In this document: positions 1-11,172 of the stretch, piece by piece | How positions within the stretch are numbered: the stretch's first letter is position 1 | How the letters are laid out: every line of letters begins with the position of its first letter | Assembly: GCF_052425735.1 (NCBI RefSeq) | Contig: NC_135758.1 | Location: 32,860,001 to 32,924,000, forward strand | DNA length: 64,000 bases | Direction: 5' to 3' | From: Oculina patagonica | Lineage: Eukaryota | Notes under the pieces: model-generated | Told to the model about the DNA's origin: nothing | Database searches by the model: none | Seen by the model: the letters and a program-made list of their open reading frames with translations, nothing else | Translations under genes and position numbers: made by a program

Positions 1-194
1 ACTACCGCGGTTACCAAGCTGTGTACGACAGCAAATATCTCTTCGTTCTGGATGGTGGGCCGATCGGAAAATCACCCTTTCCCTATCCTAATGCGAAAGT
101 CGAGTACGACATCTGGCTGAGCATGAACCGTGTGATCAGCGGTTCATACCGGTCTGGGACTGGTCTTTGTAAGGTGGCCATCACCTGGGTTTAA
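1..194 (+). CDS. Last exon (partial) of an uncharacterised secreted-protein gene, tandem paralogue of 8055-9546
   Basis: 1-194 aligns nearly base for base to 9353-9546 (...YRGYQAVYDSKYLFVLDGG...SGTGLCKVAITWV*). Stop TAA at 192-194; AATAAA near 300. Confidence 0.85.
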   Translation, partial: YRGYQAVYDSKYLFVLDGGPIGKSPFPYPNAKVEYDIWLSMNRVISGSYRSGTGLCKVAITWV

Positions 195-1025
195 CAGAGT
201 CCGTTCCAAGCGTTAGGGAGGAGAGGGTGGAGACTCGTTTCTATCAATACTCTCCTTGACTGCAATCAGCCAGATAAATGTAAAAGTGCTGCATAAACCA
301 ATAAATGCATTGTACTTTACATCAATGTTTCGTCTCAGATTGTTTTAATGTACAGTGATTTTTATTCCTGTGTCAGTCAAAAGGCCTTTCGCAACTGAAA
401 ATTTGGAATAACCAACAACTTGCAAAAGGTAAATTCTTCGAAGCGAAACTTGTCATAAGACCAGTACATTTCTCATTCAGTCTGCAAGATAAAACCAAGC
501 ACTTTTCTGACTCGCGGTTATTTGTCGATCAAAGTAAAAATTTAACACTTCAAACCTTACCGTAAAATTGCGAAACTAAGCGCGCGCGCGAATGATTACG
601 CGTTCATGCTCGCGTGGAAAGTTTGTGGTTTTCCAAAAATTCTGTTTTTTGCCGAGAAACTTCCAGTTGTCAACGTTTTGACAAAGATTGCTCGTCTATA
701 CTGGATCTATTTTTCTTCTAAACCGCTGTATAGTTGCCAAAGACTTTAAATCAAATGTGTTTTACAGTTCCTCGGACGGAGGGCTCACTTGGTATTATCG
801 GAAGGGAGGAATATTGAACTTGCGAGACAGAGTCCTTTTCGTCAGTTTTCTTTGTCTAGCAGGTTATAACACCGAGAGGCCAGTGAAGAATAAGATGTGA
901 TCGCATGCTGCGATCAGTCTGGTGAATTTATTTCTGCCGCTCTAACAATAACCCGTTAAGTTGTCCAAAAAAAAGAAAGAAACACCTTCGTTTTGCTAGC
1001 CTGACTTGTTCCAAGTCGGTCATTA

Positions 1026-1569
1026 CCGTATTTACGCGGCGCTTATTAAATTTTTCGCACCTCAAGTGCGGCGCTTACTCGAATAAGCGCCGCGGCGCTT
1101 ATTAAATTTTTCGCACCTCAAGTGCGGCGCTTATTCGAGGGCGGCGCTAATTTAAAAATTGGACGCCACATACAATCTAATCTACACAAAACATCTACGG
1201 TAACTAAAAGAAGGGTCTTTTGATTGTCAGTATTCGTCTCCTACGGGGTGAGACAGTTGTCGCGTTTGCTGTCCCGACAAAGTTCAACGTTAACGGAACT
1301 ACGTGTTGTAAGGATTTTGGATAGAAAAAAATAATGGGCGAGCGATAAAACATAAAAACTTTGAACCGTAAAACATCGCTTTTTGATGAAAAGGAAAATC
1401 CAAGGGGTGTTTTAGAGTTCCTTTATAGTGCTTTTTAATTTAGACAGAATTCCTCGAATTAGCGCCGCAGTCTCGGGACTGCGGCGCTTATTCGGGGGCG
1501 GCGCTTATTAACTTTTTTGTCCCAAATGCGGCGCTTACTCTAGGGCGGCGCTTATTCGAGTAAATACGG
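1026..1569. mobile_element. MITE, Tc1/mariner-pogo type (CCGTATTTAC termini, TA target-site duplication)
   Basis: ta|ccgtatttac...gtaaatacgg|ta, with repeated subterminal gcggcgcttattcgag motifs. Confidence 0.8.
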
Positions 1570-2025
1570 TATTCTAGGATTAGATAAGGGCGCGTGGGAT
1601 TTGCGTGTGAGAACAGCTAATTTAACCAACCCAGTCCACCAATTGCTTTGCTTTAATAAACCATTGTACTTAGTTAGAGAGAACCAGAAGGACTATCATA
1701 AAAATAAAACGAACAACTCAGACCTGATAACTTGGAGCAAGTCTACAGTTTTGTATGCATTTCAACTGGTTTATTGATCATTTCGACTTAGATGGTTGAA
1801 ACTTCATAAGAGACTCAGCATATCACTATCTAGTGCATTACGGTAAAAACCCGCGAGTAATAACCTAGCATTTAAGGTATCACGGAAGGAAAATTGGCAT
1901 TTTCGTTCCGCGTGAAATTGTGTGGAAACCATCGATGATAACCCCAATAAAGTATATATTTTCTGAAAGCTTATTGAATAAAGATTGTTATTTTGGATTT
2001 TGTTTTGATTATATAGACCATAATA

Positions 2026-2541
2026 AGCAACGTCAGCATTTTGTTTGTTATTATGATGTTACGCAACATTCAACCTCGTTCCCAGGGCTTTTCCCTTGGT
2101 GATTTGGAACGGGCTGGGAACGAGGTTGCGCAACATTAGGTTTATTTGAGAACACATTAACTTGACTTATTGCCAAAGCCCTAAGTGGGCATAGGGCCGG
2201 AGAAGGAGGGGGGGGGGGGAACACATTAACGTGGGAGCCTAAACTGTGGAATTTGATCTACATATATTGATCTAAAAAACAGTGTCTCAGATTTTTCTTT
2301 TCTTCCTCCATTAATTTTTTATGAATTTTTAATCCTAAAGAAGCCTTAAAAGCGCCATTTTAAAGTTTAAAAATTTATAAAAAATTAATGGAGGAAGAAA
2401 AGAAAAATCTCAGACACCGTTTTTTAGACCAATATATGTAGATCAAATTCCTCATAAAATTTTGGGCTCTCACGTAATTGTTTTCTCAAATGAACCTAAA
2501 GTTGCGCAACATCATAATTGCAAACAAAATGCTGACGTTGC
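2026..2541. mobile_element. Palindromic (foldback) element with a nested mini-MITE
   Basis: gcaacgtcagcattttgtttg (2026) is inverted against caaacaaaatgctgacgttgc (2521), with inner arms symmetric about ~2350. Nested caacctcgttcccagg...ctgggaacgaggttg (2071-2128) is flanked by a 9-bp duplication, cgcaacatt. Confidence 0.65.
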
Positions 2542-5500
2542 GAACAGTAAAGCTAGAAAACAGGATAAGCGCGCGCGGGAATACGTTACATTGATCTCTT
2601 TTCCGTATTATGTAACGTACCGTTAACTAAAAGCCAAATCAGGGTAAATCTCTCTAAAACCACGTTTCAAACTGTGGTACCACAGCTGGCCCTACGTGGC
2701 TGAGCTAACTGTTTACAATCTATACCGATGATACGTTTACAAAAAGTTTAAAACTGGCAAAAGTCTAATGACCTAAGTTAGGAAAGTTCGTTGGATGTGT
2801 TTAACAATTGATGATGAGATTACTTTACTAAAAATTGCCGTAAACTATATAAGCTTTCGCAGTTATGTTTTAAACATTGTTATTAGGATTTAATTTCGGT
2901 AAATTAAATCTCTTAAAAACAAAAATAATTTACTCACCATCGGAAAAAGCTGAGCGCTTGGCACGGAACAAACTCGCTTGGTCGTTTTCATTTGTTAGCT
3001 CGCGACGGTTTGTTGTTCACGCGTACTTTAAATTTGAACGCTCGCATCATGCGTGCGCGCGCAATCTGGGCACCAAAAAGAGTGGGTATTGGCACAGCGC
3101 GCGGCTAAAAATAAGTGAGGGAAAAGTTTTGACGTCTCAGGACAATACCTTGACATTAAAATCCAAGAACTGCACGAAATTCGGCTATGTTACTTGACGA
3201 CTGGCTATTGGGTTTTACTTGGTAGTAACAGGTTGTCTTTACAAAAAAAAAAAAAAAAAAAAAAAAACTGTTTCTTGTTGTTATTATCTAGTTTTAAACT
3301 TTTTGTAAACGTATCATCGGTACAGATTGTAAACAGTTAGCTCAGCCACGTAGGGCCAGCTGTGGTACCACAGTTTGAAACGTGGTTTTAGAGAGATTTA
3401 CCCTGATTTGGCTTTTAGTTAACGGTACGTTACATAATACGGAAAAGAGATCAATGTAACGTATTCCCGCGCGCGCTTATCCTGTTTTCTAGCTTTACTG
3501 TTCGCAAATTAATTATCTCTCTAAAGGGTCTGTCACTGTGCCCCTGACGAGAATGGCAGACTTTCTGAGCTTTCATGACAATCTACTCCGATCAAAGAAA
3601 ACTTACTAGTGAGCTCACTATTATAAATTCCTTAATTAAACTAAAATAGTAATTTATCTAAGCGATAAATTTAAATAAAGACAACAGATCACTACTAAGT
3701 AAACCACCATAGCCAGTCATTGAGTCTGTTACTTACACAAACATAACTATAATATTAGGACTTTTCTTTACCATCTAGTCTGTTAACTCTCTAGTCAGTC
3801 AGTCTTATGGATGGTTTTCTGCACTTTCGACCTTCGTCTGCTCGGTCAGTTTGTTCAGACCTTTCAGGTGCTTATGCACATGTTTGGCTGTTCACTCGGC
3901 AGTTCATTCGAATCGTTGTTTCTGCAGTCTTCATATCCGTTACTTACATGAACAGTAAAAGCCGAAATATTAAAACCTATAGAGTTCCGAAACTTTTTGG
4001 TTTTAATATCATAAATGGCATGCCACAGCGTTGGAACTATTCCTTCGCTTAGGAAAATCAAAATAACAATTTGCTTTAACCATATGCCGGATCTCGATCC
4101 CACCATATGGCGGACCATGTCCAACTCAAGATCCAGTCCTCCGTGGGTCAGTTGTGCTAGACCTCTTTTCGTTTCGAGATAGGCGAAAACGTCTATAAAA
4201 CGACCTTGTTAGTACCCACAAAGAAATGGTTTGTCTATGGCACTCAATTTCTTTGTAAAGACGGTTGGATGTATCCGGGAAGGAGAGCTCATGGCCCGTA
4301 AACTTTCAGTGGATTTTGCCATTTTGTTAGGTATAAAATAATTCAGTTTTAAACCGAAGATAATATAACAAGAAACAGTTTTTTTTTTTTTTTTTTGTAA
4401 AGACAACCTGTTACTACCAAGTAAAACCCAATAGCCAGTCGTCAAGTAACATAGCCGAATTTCGTGCAGTTCTTGGATTTTAATGTCAAGGTATTGTCCT
4501 GAGACGTCAAAACTTTTCCCTCACTTATTTTTAGCCGCGCGCTGTGCCAATACCCACTCTTTTTGGTGCCCAGATTGCGCGCGCACGCATGATGCGAGCG
4601 TTCAAATTTAAAGTACGCGTGTACAACAAACCGTCGCGAGCTAACAAATGAAAACGACCAAGCGAGTTTGTTCCGTGCCAAGCGCTCAGCTTTTTCCGAT
4701 GGTGAGTAAATTATTTTTGTTTTTAAGAGATTTAATTTACCGAAATTAAATCCTAATAACAATGTTTAAAACATAACTGCGAAAGCTTATATAGTTTACG
4801 GCAATTTTTAGTAAAGTAATCTCATCATCAATTGTTAAACACATCCAACGAACTTTCCTAACTTAGGTCATTAGACTTTTGCCAGTTTTAAACTTTTTGT
4901 AAACGTATCATCGGTATAGATTGTAAACAGTTAGCTCAGCCACGTAGGGCCAGCTGTGGTACCACAGTTTGAAACGTGGTTTTAGAGAGATTTACCCTGA
5001 TTTGGCTTTTAGTTAACGGTACGTTACATAATACGGAAAAGAGATCAATGTAACGTATTCCCGCGCGCGCTTATCCTGTTTTCTAGCTTTACTGTTCGCA
5101 AATTAATTATCTCTCTAAAGGGTCTGTCACTGTGCCCCTGACGAGAATGGCAGACTTTCTGAGCTTTCATGACAATCTACTCCGATCAAAGAAAACTTAC
5201 TAGTGAGCTCACTATTATAAATTCCTTAATTAAACTAAAATAGTAATTTATCTAAGCGATAAATTTAAATAAAGACAACAGATCACTACTAAGTAAACCA
5301 CCATAGCCAGTCATTGAGTCTGTTACTTACACAAACATAACTATAACATTAGGACTTTTCTTTACCATCTAGTCTGTAAACTCTCTAGTCAGTCAGTCTT
5401 ATGGATGGTTTTCTGCACTTTCGACCTTCGTCTGCTCGGTCAGTTTGTTCAGACCTTTCAGGTGCTTATGCACATGTTTGGCTGTTCACTCGGCAGTTCA

Positions 5501-5663
5501 TTCGAATCGTTGTTTCTGCAGTCTTCATATCCGTTACTTACATGAACAGTAAAAGCCGAAATATTAAAACCTATAGAGTTCCGAAACTTTTTGGTTTTAA
5601 TATCATAAATGGCATGCCACAGCGTTGGAACTATTCCTTCGCTTAGGAAAATCAAAATAACAA
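2538..5663. repeat. Unclassified repeat family, array 1: inverted partial copy (2538-~3289), forward partial copy (3290-4069), full 1594-bp unit (4070-5663)
   Basis: Identical ORFs at 2877-3197(+) and 4442-4762(-), and at 3807-4052 and 5401-5646 (offset 1594). Confidence 0.9.
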
Positions 5664-5917
5664 AAATCAATTATTATTAAGAAAAGAGAAAATTTGCATA
5701 TCTGAAATCCGCTCGCGCACAAGACAGCTCAGCATACGACAACAGTGCTGTCGTGTCTATCGACTACGCATAAAGAAAAACAACACAGAAAACGAACGAA
5801 ACCACGTGAATAATATTCTTTTATTTATTTATTTAATTTTTTTTACTGTTGTGGTCTCCCTGTGTGGATGTTTGGGTGTGTGACCGTAGTATACAAAGTT
5901 ACAGTTGGTGCGATTGA

Positions 5918-6673
5918 TTGAAAAAATAACATCAAAACACAGTCAGCTAAACAAAACGAGTGAAGTCGGTGTTGCGCGAGAACAACTATCCACCATCTTT
6001 TATTAACAAGTGTGAGAGATCACTGTCAAAACCACCAGCAGATTTACCAACTAATGGCTTCGTGGTACTCCCCTATGTTCAAGGCATTTCCGAAAAGATT
6101 GGCCGCATTTTGAGACAACAAGAGATCAAAGTCGCCTACAAACCGCTAAAAACTGTAAACAGTTTGTTTCCGCGCCCAAAGGCTCAAAATGATGTTGACC
6201 GCCCAAGATCTGGCGTAGTTTACAAAATCAATTGCACCAACTGTAACTTTGTATACTACGGTCAAACGGAGCGACCATTAAAGACCCGGATTGCGGAACA
6301 CAAACGAGCAGTGGCCATATTCGACCATGACTCAAAGATCTCCTGTCATGTACATGAAAATAATCACCACATGGATTTCAATGCCGTCAATGTAGTTGGA
6401 CATGAGCGAAATTACCACAAGCGACTCTTTTTGGAAGCCTGGTTGTCCATAAAGGATACGCACTCTGGGAACGACCATGCTGTCATCCCAGAGGTTTACA
6501 AGTCCTTGTCACGCGCATGAGTTTCGCGCCACGTTTTCTTTTGTTTCAAACTTTTACACGTTAACGTGCTGCTACTTTTTTAAATCGCGTGTGAAAGCTT
6601 TGATTTTTTAACTGATGAAGGCTTAAGCAATAGCCGAAACGTCTTGAAAAAATAACATCAAAACACAGTCAGC
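5918..6673 (+). mobile_element. Penelope-like element fragment: RT C-terminal/linker region plus GIY-YIG endonuclease, with 30-bp terminal direct repeats
   Basis: ORF 5960-6520 has LPYVQGISEKI and GVVYKINCTNCNFVYYGQT...RIAEH...LEAW. ttgaaaaaataacatcaaaacacagtcagc occurs at 5918-5947 and 6644-6673. Confidence 0.9.
6603..6653 (+). ncRNA. Minimal type I hammerhead ribozyme of the Penelope-like element
   Basis: Stem I attttttaa, CTGATGA (6612-6618), stem II GGCT/AGCC, GAAA (6636-6639), C GTC^ (predicted cleavage after 6643), stem I' ttgaaaaaat. Confidence 0.85.
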
Positions 6674-8054
6674 GACAAACCTTCAACAAACTAAACTTAC
6701 TATATTTGGATTAAATTCACAGCGCGCGCTAGCTCGCGCTCGCGCTCGATGGCGTAATCTTGTTTTTGAACAAGCTTGGTTGAATAAAGTTAAATTTGGC
6801 TAAATTCTCGGCTGTTTCATCTTCTTGAAGTAGTCTGGAGAACTTCGCTTCGATACACTTAATGTATTTCTTTAGTTTCTGTAAGAAATTTACGGTATTT
6901 AGGTCGAAATTCAAGCAACTTACCGCAAACCCAAAAATTATGTTGCGTGCGTCATTACGTGTAAAAAGCATTCGCGTACAAATTCTTCGTGTTTCCAAAC
7001 GCCTTGATGCCAGACAAACTAAAAACCATAGCCTGAAGGGTAGATGGTTCTGCGAGAATTCGAAAGTCGCGAAAGCCAGCTTCTACTACTTGCGAGTGTC
7101 AAAGAGCGCATAAGGAGAGAGAGCGGGCAGAAAAATTGGTTTATAGGTTGAAAAACCGTGAATAAAATATTTAACAAATATTCCATGAGCGCCCGTTGGA
7201 TATGAGATTATTCCGAAAATAGCCCTGGGCTTGTTTTGTTCAGTAGGTTTTTTGGCCATGGTGGGCTTATTTTTGGAGGGTTTATATTATCGGAATGAGT
7301 TTCGCAGTCTCACTGAAAATGGTCGAGACATAATTATCGACCACGAGAGGCGCAGCTTTCTACAATCATCACATGAACATGTCCGCCGGCTCTGAAATAT
7401 TTTAAAAGACAAGATAAAAACACACCAACCAGTTGGGCCTTCATAATCGGGAGAAATATTTCTCTTTTAAATGAGCTTAATACCAAATATAAAGCCCATG
7501 GTCTTTATATATCATTTAAAGGATTTTTGCGTTTGAGAATTCTGATAAAAGTTTTCTGATTTCCTACGTAAAAACGTCTGGACGCCACATTAGTATAATA
7601 CCCAAGTACAAGGAAGTGACCTACTGACCTTGAGCACGACGTTATGTAAACAAATTTCTAACACGTTAAAACACCACTTGTTCGAGTTCGATCATTGAAA
7701 CTGTCCTTGCTCACTAGTAGTCAGCGAGGACAGTTTCTAAAATGATATAAAATATGCTTTACAGAGGATTTTCAAGGATAGAAAATCTGTATTTTTTAAT
7801 AGAAAATATCGGCCAAATTATGTTCTAATAATTTTATTTTGGAATATTAAAGCTACTCGTGAAATAGGAAGTTTTAATATCGTCTAGACGATGTTTATAA
7901 ATTTTGACTTTATAATTTGAATTACAATATGCAGTTATCACTCAAGTGTAACGTAAGGTATAAAGCAAAGTGCCACGTAATGTTTTGCGTACTTGAAAAG
8001 ATATCTTTTTGCGAGTGCTTTTGTGTACGCCAACTTGGTCCAACTTCCATCAAG

Positions 8055-9546
8055 ATGAGATTTTGTTTTATACTTGCCATTTTATTCGCCTTAACTATAT
8101 GGCATGTCATTGCAGGTATTACTTTTTTTAAAAAAAAAATTGCGCACTGAAAAGTTTTCAGCCTGTTGGCATGAAAATAGCGTTTTAACTTTTATTTTTT
8201 TTAAGTTGCATTAGTTCTAATATCCTCGCTATACAAGTTTATACTTTTCGCCGTTTTACTGTTTGATTGCATTTCACTAACTTTTCTTGTTTTATATATA
8301 GCCGAGAACTGTTTAAGCTGCCGTAGTCCCAGAGAGCCTCCGAGTCCTTCATTCCAAGTGAATTTACTGAACAAGAAATGGTCTGGGAGCGACAGCAACA
8401 TTGCTTGGGTTGATAATTTGACTGGCGGAAAACCTGGAACTTGCGCTTCCCAAGGTATCTTTGATCACTCGATCTTTCAGGTTGTTTATTGATGAGGAAA
8501 GTGTGGGGTAAATAAAATACACTGGATAGGAGATCGTTGACTCGAGGTTATAAAAGCAAGGGGCCTGAGAAAAGCACCTATTTTTTAAACGGGCCGTTTT
8601 TTCCCAGAAACTTGACTTTCATGCAAAACACATAGAAGTGCAAAACACATAGAAGTATCACTGTGTATTGAACACAAATATGTTTTTACCGACACAAAAC
8701 TGTTGTACAAAAAAATTTGATGAGTGTATCTGATTGTCATTCACAGGTAAGCTTCGCATAAGGTTTGATCCAAGATGCGGCCCCAAACGAACCGCCAGGA
8801 TCGACTTGTGGTTTGCTCGTCAAGTTACAGGATTCTCGTTTGACATCGGTGACTCGCCCACAGTTAATGGATTCGGTAAGAAAAGAGGATGGTTTTGGTT
8901 GCATGCGAACATATAATTACTTAATCATGCGTAACCGAGCAATCAACACCAAATACTAGTATCTCTGTCAACGCCTCATTTTCCCTTCTTTTTCTCCAAA
9001 TTTTTTGTTTTTTGACACGATGGCTTTCCTAATTGTCTTACGGATTCTTTTTTATGAACGTGTTTCAAAATTATGTTTTTTTTTTCACTCGTCGGCTATT
9101 TACCTGTCCAACTTATTTTTTAACTTTGTATCATTTTTTCTCGTTTTCAATTTCTTCTAGGTGGAGATTCAGGAACAACCCCAAACACCGCTGAGGTGCA
9201 TGGAAAAGAGAGACACCTGTTAATATATTCCAACGTACTTACTGGTTACCAGGACTACACAACAAACGGCCACCTGACGGTTGAAGAAAAATGGAAAGCC
9301 CTTAGTGATCACGTGACCTATTATATCAGTCACGAGCGAGTGGAGGTCACCAACTACCGCGGTTACCAAGCTGTGTACGACAGCAGATATCTCTTTGTTC
9401 TGGATGGTGGGCCGATCGGAAAATCACCCTTTTCCTATTCTTATGCAAAGGTCGAGACCGACATCTGGCTGAGCATGAACCGTGTGATCAGCGGTTCATA
9501 CCGGTCTGGGACTGGTCTTTGTAAGGTGGCCATCACCTGGGTTTAG
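8055..9546 (+). CDS. Uncharacterised secreted protein, 242 aa, 4 exons (8055-8115, 8302-8454, 8747-8875, 9161-9546)
   Basis: GT-AG phase-1 introns join into an open 729-nt frame; hydrophobic N-terminal signal MRFCFILAILFALTIWHVIA; paralogous exon at 1-194; AATAAA near 9650. Confidence 0.8.
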
Positions 9547-10178
9547 CAGTCAAGAACTGAGTCTTAGGAGAGGGAGGTCGGAGACACTGTTTCTACCTCA
9601 ACTTTTCCTTGACTGCAGTCAATTGTAACAATGCTGTATTACACTGAACAATAAACGCATTGTACTAAACATCAATGTTTCTTATTTGACTTCTCTGACT
9701 AATACAGTATTTTTTATGTCCTAACATTCCAATTTGAATAATCAGAAACTTGCACAAAAAACAACACAGGATTATGATCCCAGCAGTCTGTCGTGGTTAC
9801 TTGAAGACAAAAGTAAAAACAAAATCGTTTAAAAGTTTAAAGAAAGATCAAATTTGTAACCCATCTTTGACTCCTATTTTTGTATTTGGGAGCTTGAACT
9901 TACAATTACCTTACCACCCTTCTTCCACTATATGCCCCCCACCCATCCACCCAATGGAGGTTACCCTGAACTTCAGCAGTCTTCTCTGGTCACTTTCTCC
10001 TGGGAAAGACCTCTGATGTCTTTCTTGGGAGTAAGAGATGAGAGAACACGGTTGAAACTCAGGCTTCAAACTGGTGGGAACCTCCTTCTCTTTAAAGAAA
10101 ATAGCGTGGCAAACGAACAATACAACTGGTTCTAAAGCAGCATTTTTTTTTATTACATTTGGAAAGTGTTTTTACACA

Positions 10179-11139
10179 TCAGACTTTCATCTCCTTGATC
10201 TTGGCCTTCTCAAGTTTATGTGCAGCTGCCTGGGACTTGTTTCCCATGATGCCACCTCCCCAGTGCTTTCTGATCTCATCAAACCTCTCATTGAAGTTAG
10301 TCTTGACAGCTTCGCAGAGGTTAGCAAAGTTGTTCTTGTCTTCTGGTCGCACAGCAGTGAAGCACAGTACTGTGGCCGTCTTCTTGTGTACTACCTTACC
10401 CAATCTGTAGGCATTACCATACAGCAAGTGTTAACATTTATATCACTCTCTGACTAAACTGGACAAGATTTCTGGAGTCTTCTTCTATACTACAATAAGC
10501 GACAAATGTGTTGACACATTGTCATTTTAAGCCCCATTCTATTGTAACTTGGTCTAATTTCACCTTTTGCCCCTCCTTATACAACATTGGATGGGGGAGA
10601 GGGGGTATTTTGGCAGAGTGTGAAGAAAATTAAAATCTAGCGGTAAATTTGCAATAAATACTGCAAGGTGAAGTCAATGTGTCAACTACTTTTAACTACG
10701 ATTCAGGGCTCGAGACTAACTTTTTTGCTAACTAGCCAAGTGGCTAACTAGCCAAGTGGCTAGTGACAGCTTTGATTACACTAGCCAAAACTTATTTTCT
10801 ACTAGCCACAATTTTTAAGCATAGTTATTCTTTTAGGGGGGGGGGGGGAGGGTGAAAACAATGTGCGATAATGTTTAAACCTTGAGCCATAAAATGTTCC
10901 ATAAATCTTTGTTTTTTTTCTTACAAAATTTGGCTTTGTTCTTCACTATAAAAAATGTACATGTACACGCGTTTTTGTCAACTAGATTGTTTAAAGCTTC
11001 ACATTCTATAATGTCAAGAGTTTACTTAGTTATATTCTCTGAGAGACGATTTTAATACATGCGGTTTCTTGCCAATGCCTGATTTTTTCACTAGCCATTT
11101 TGGCTAGTGAAAGGCCAAAACTGCATTTTTACTAGCCTT

Positions 11140-11172
<33 letters not shown>

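Noticed and set aside
2877-3197. 106-aa ORF duplicated at 4442-4762, and 81-aa ORF at 3807/5401
   Set aside because: Their identity only reflects recent repeat copies; no recognisable domain, and the frames are broken or absent in array 2
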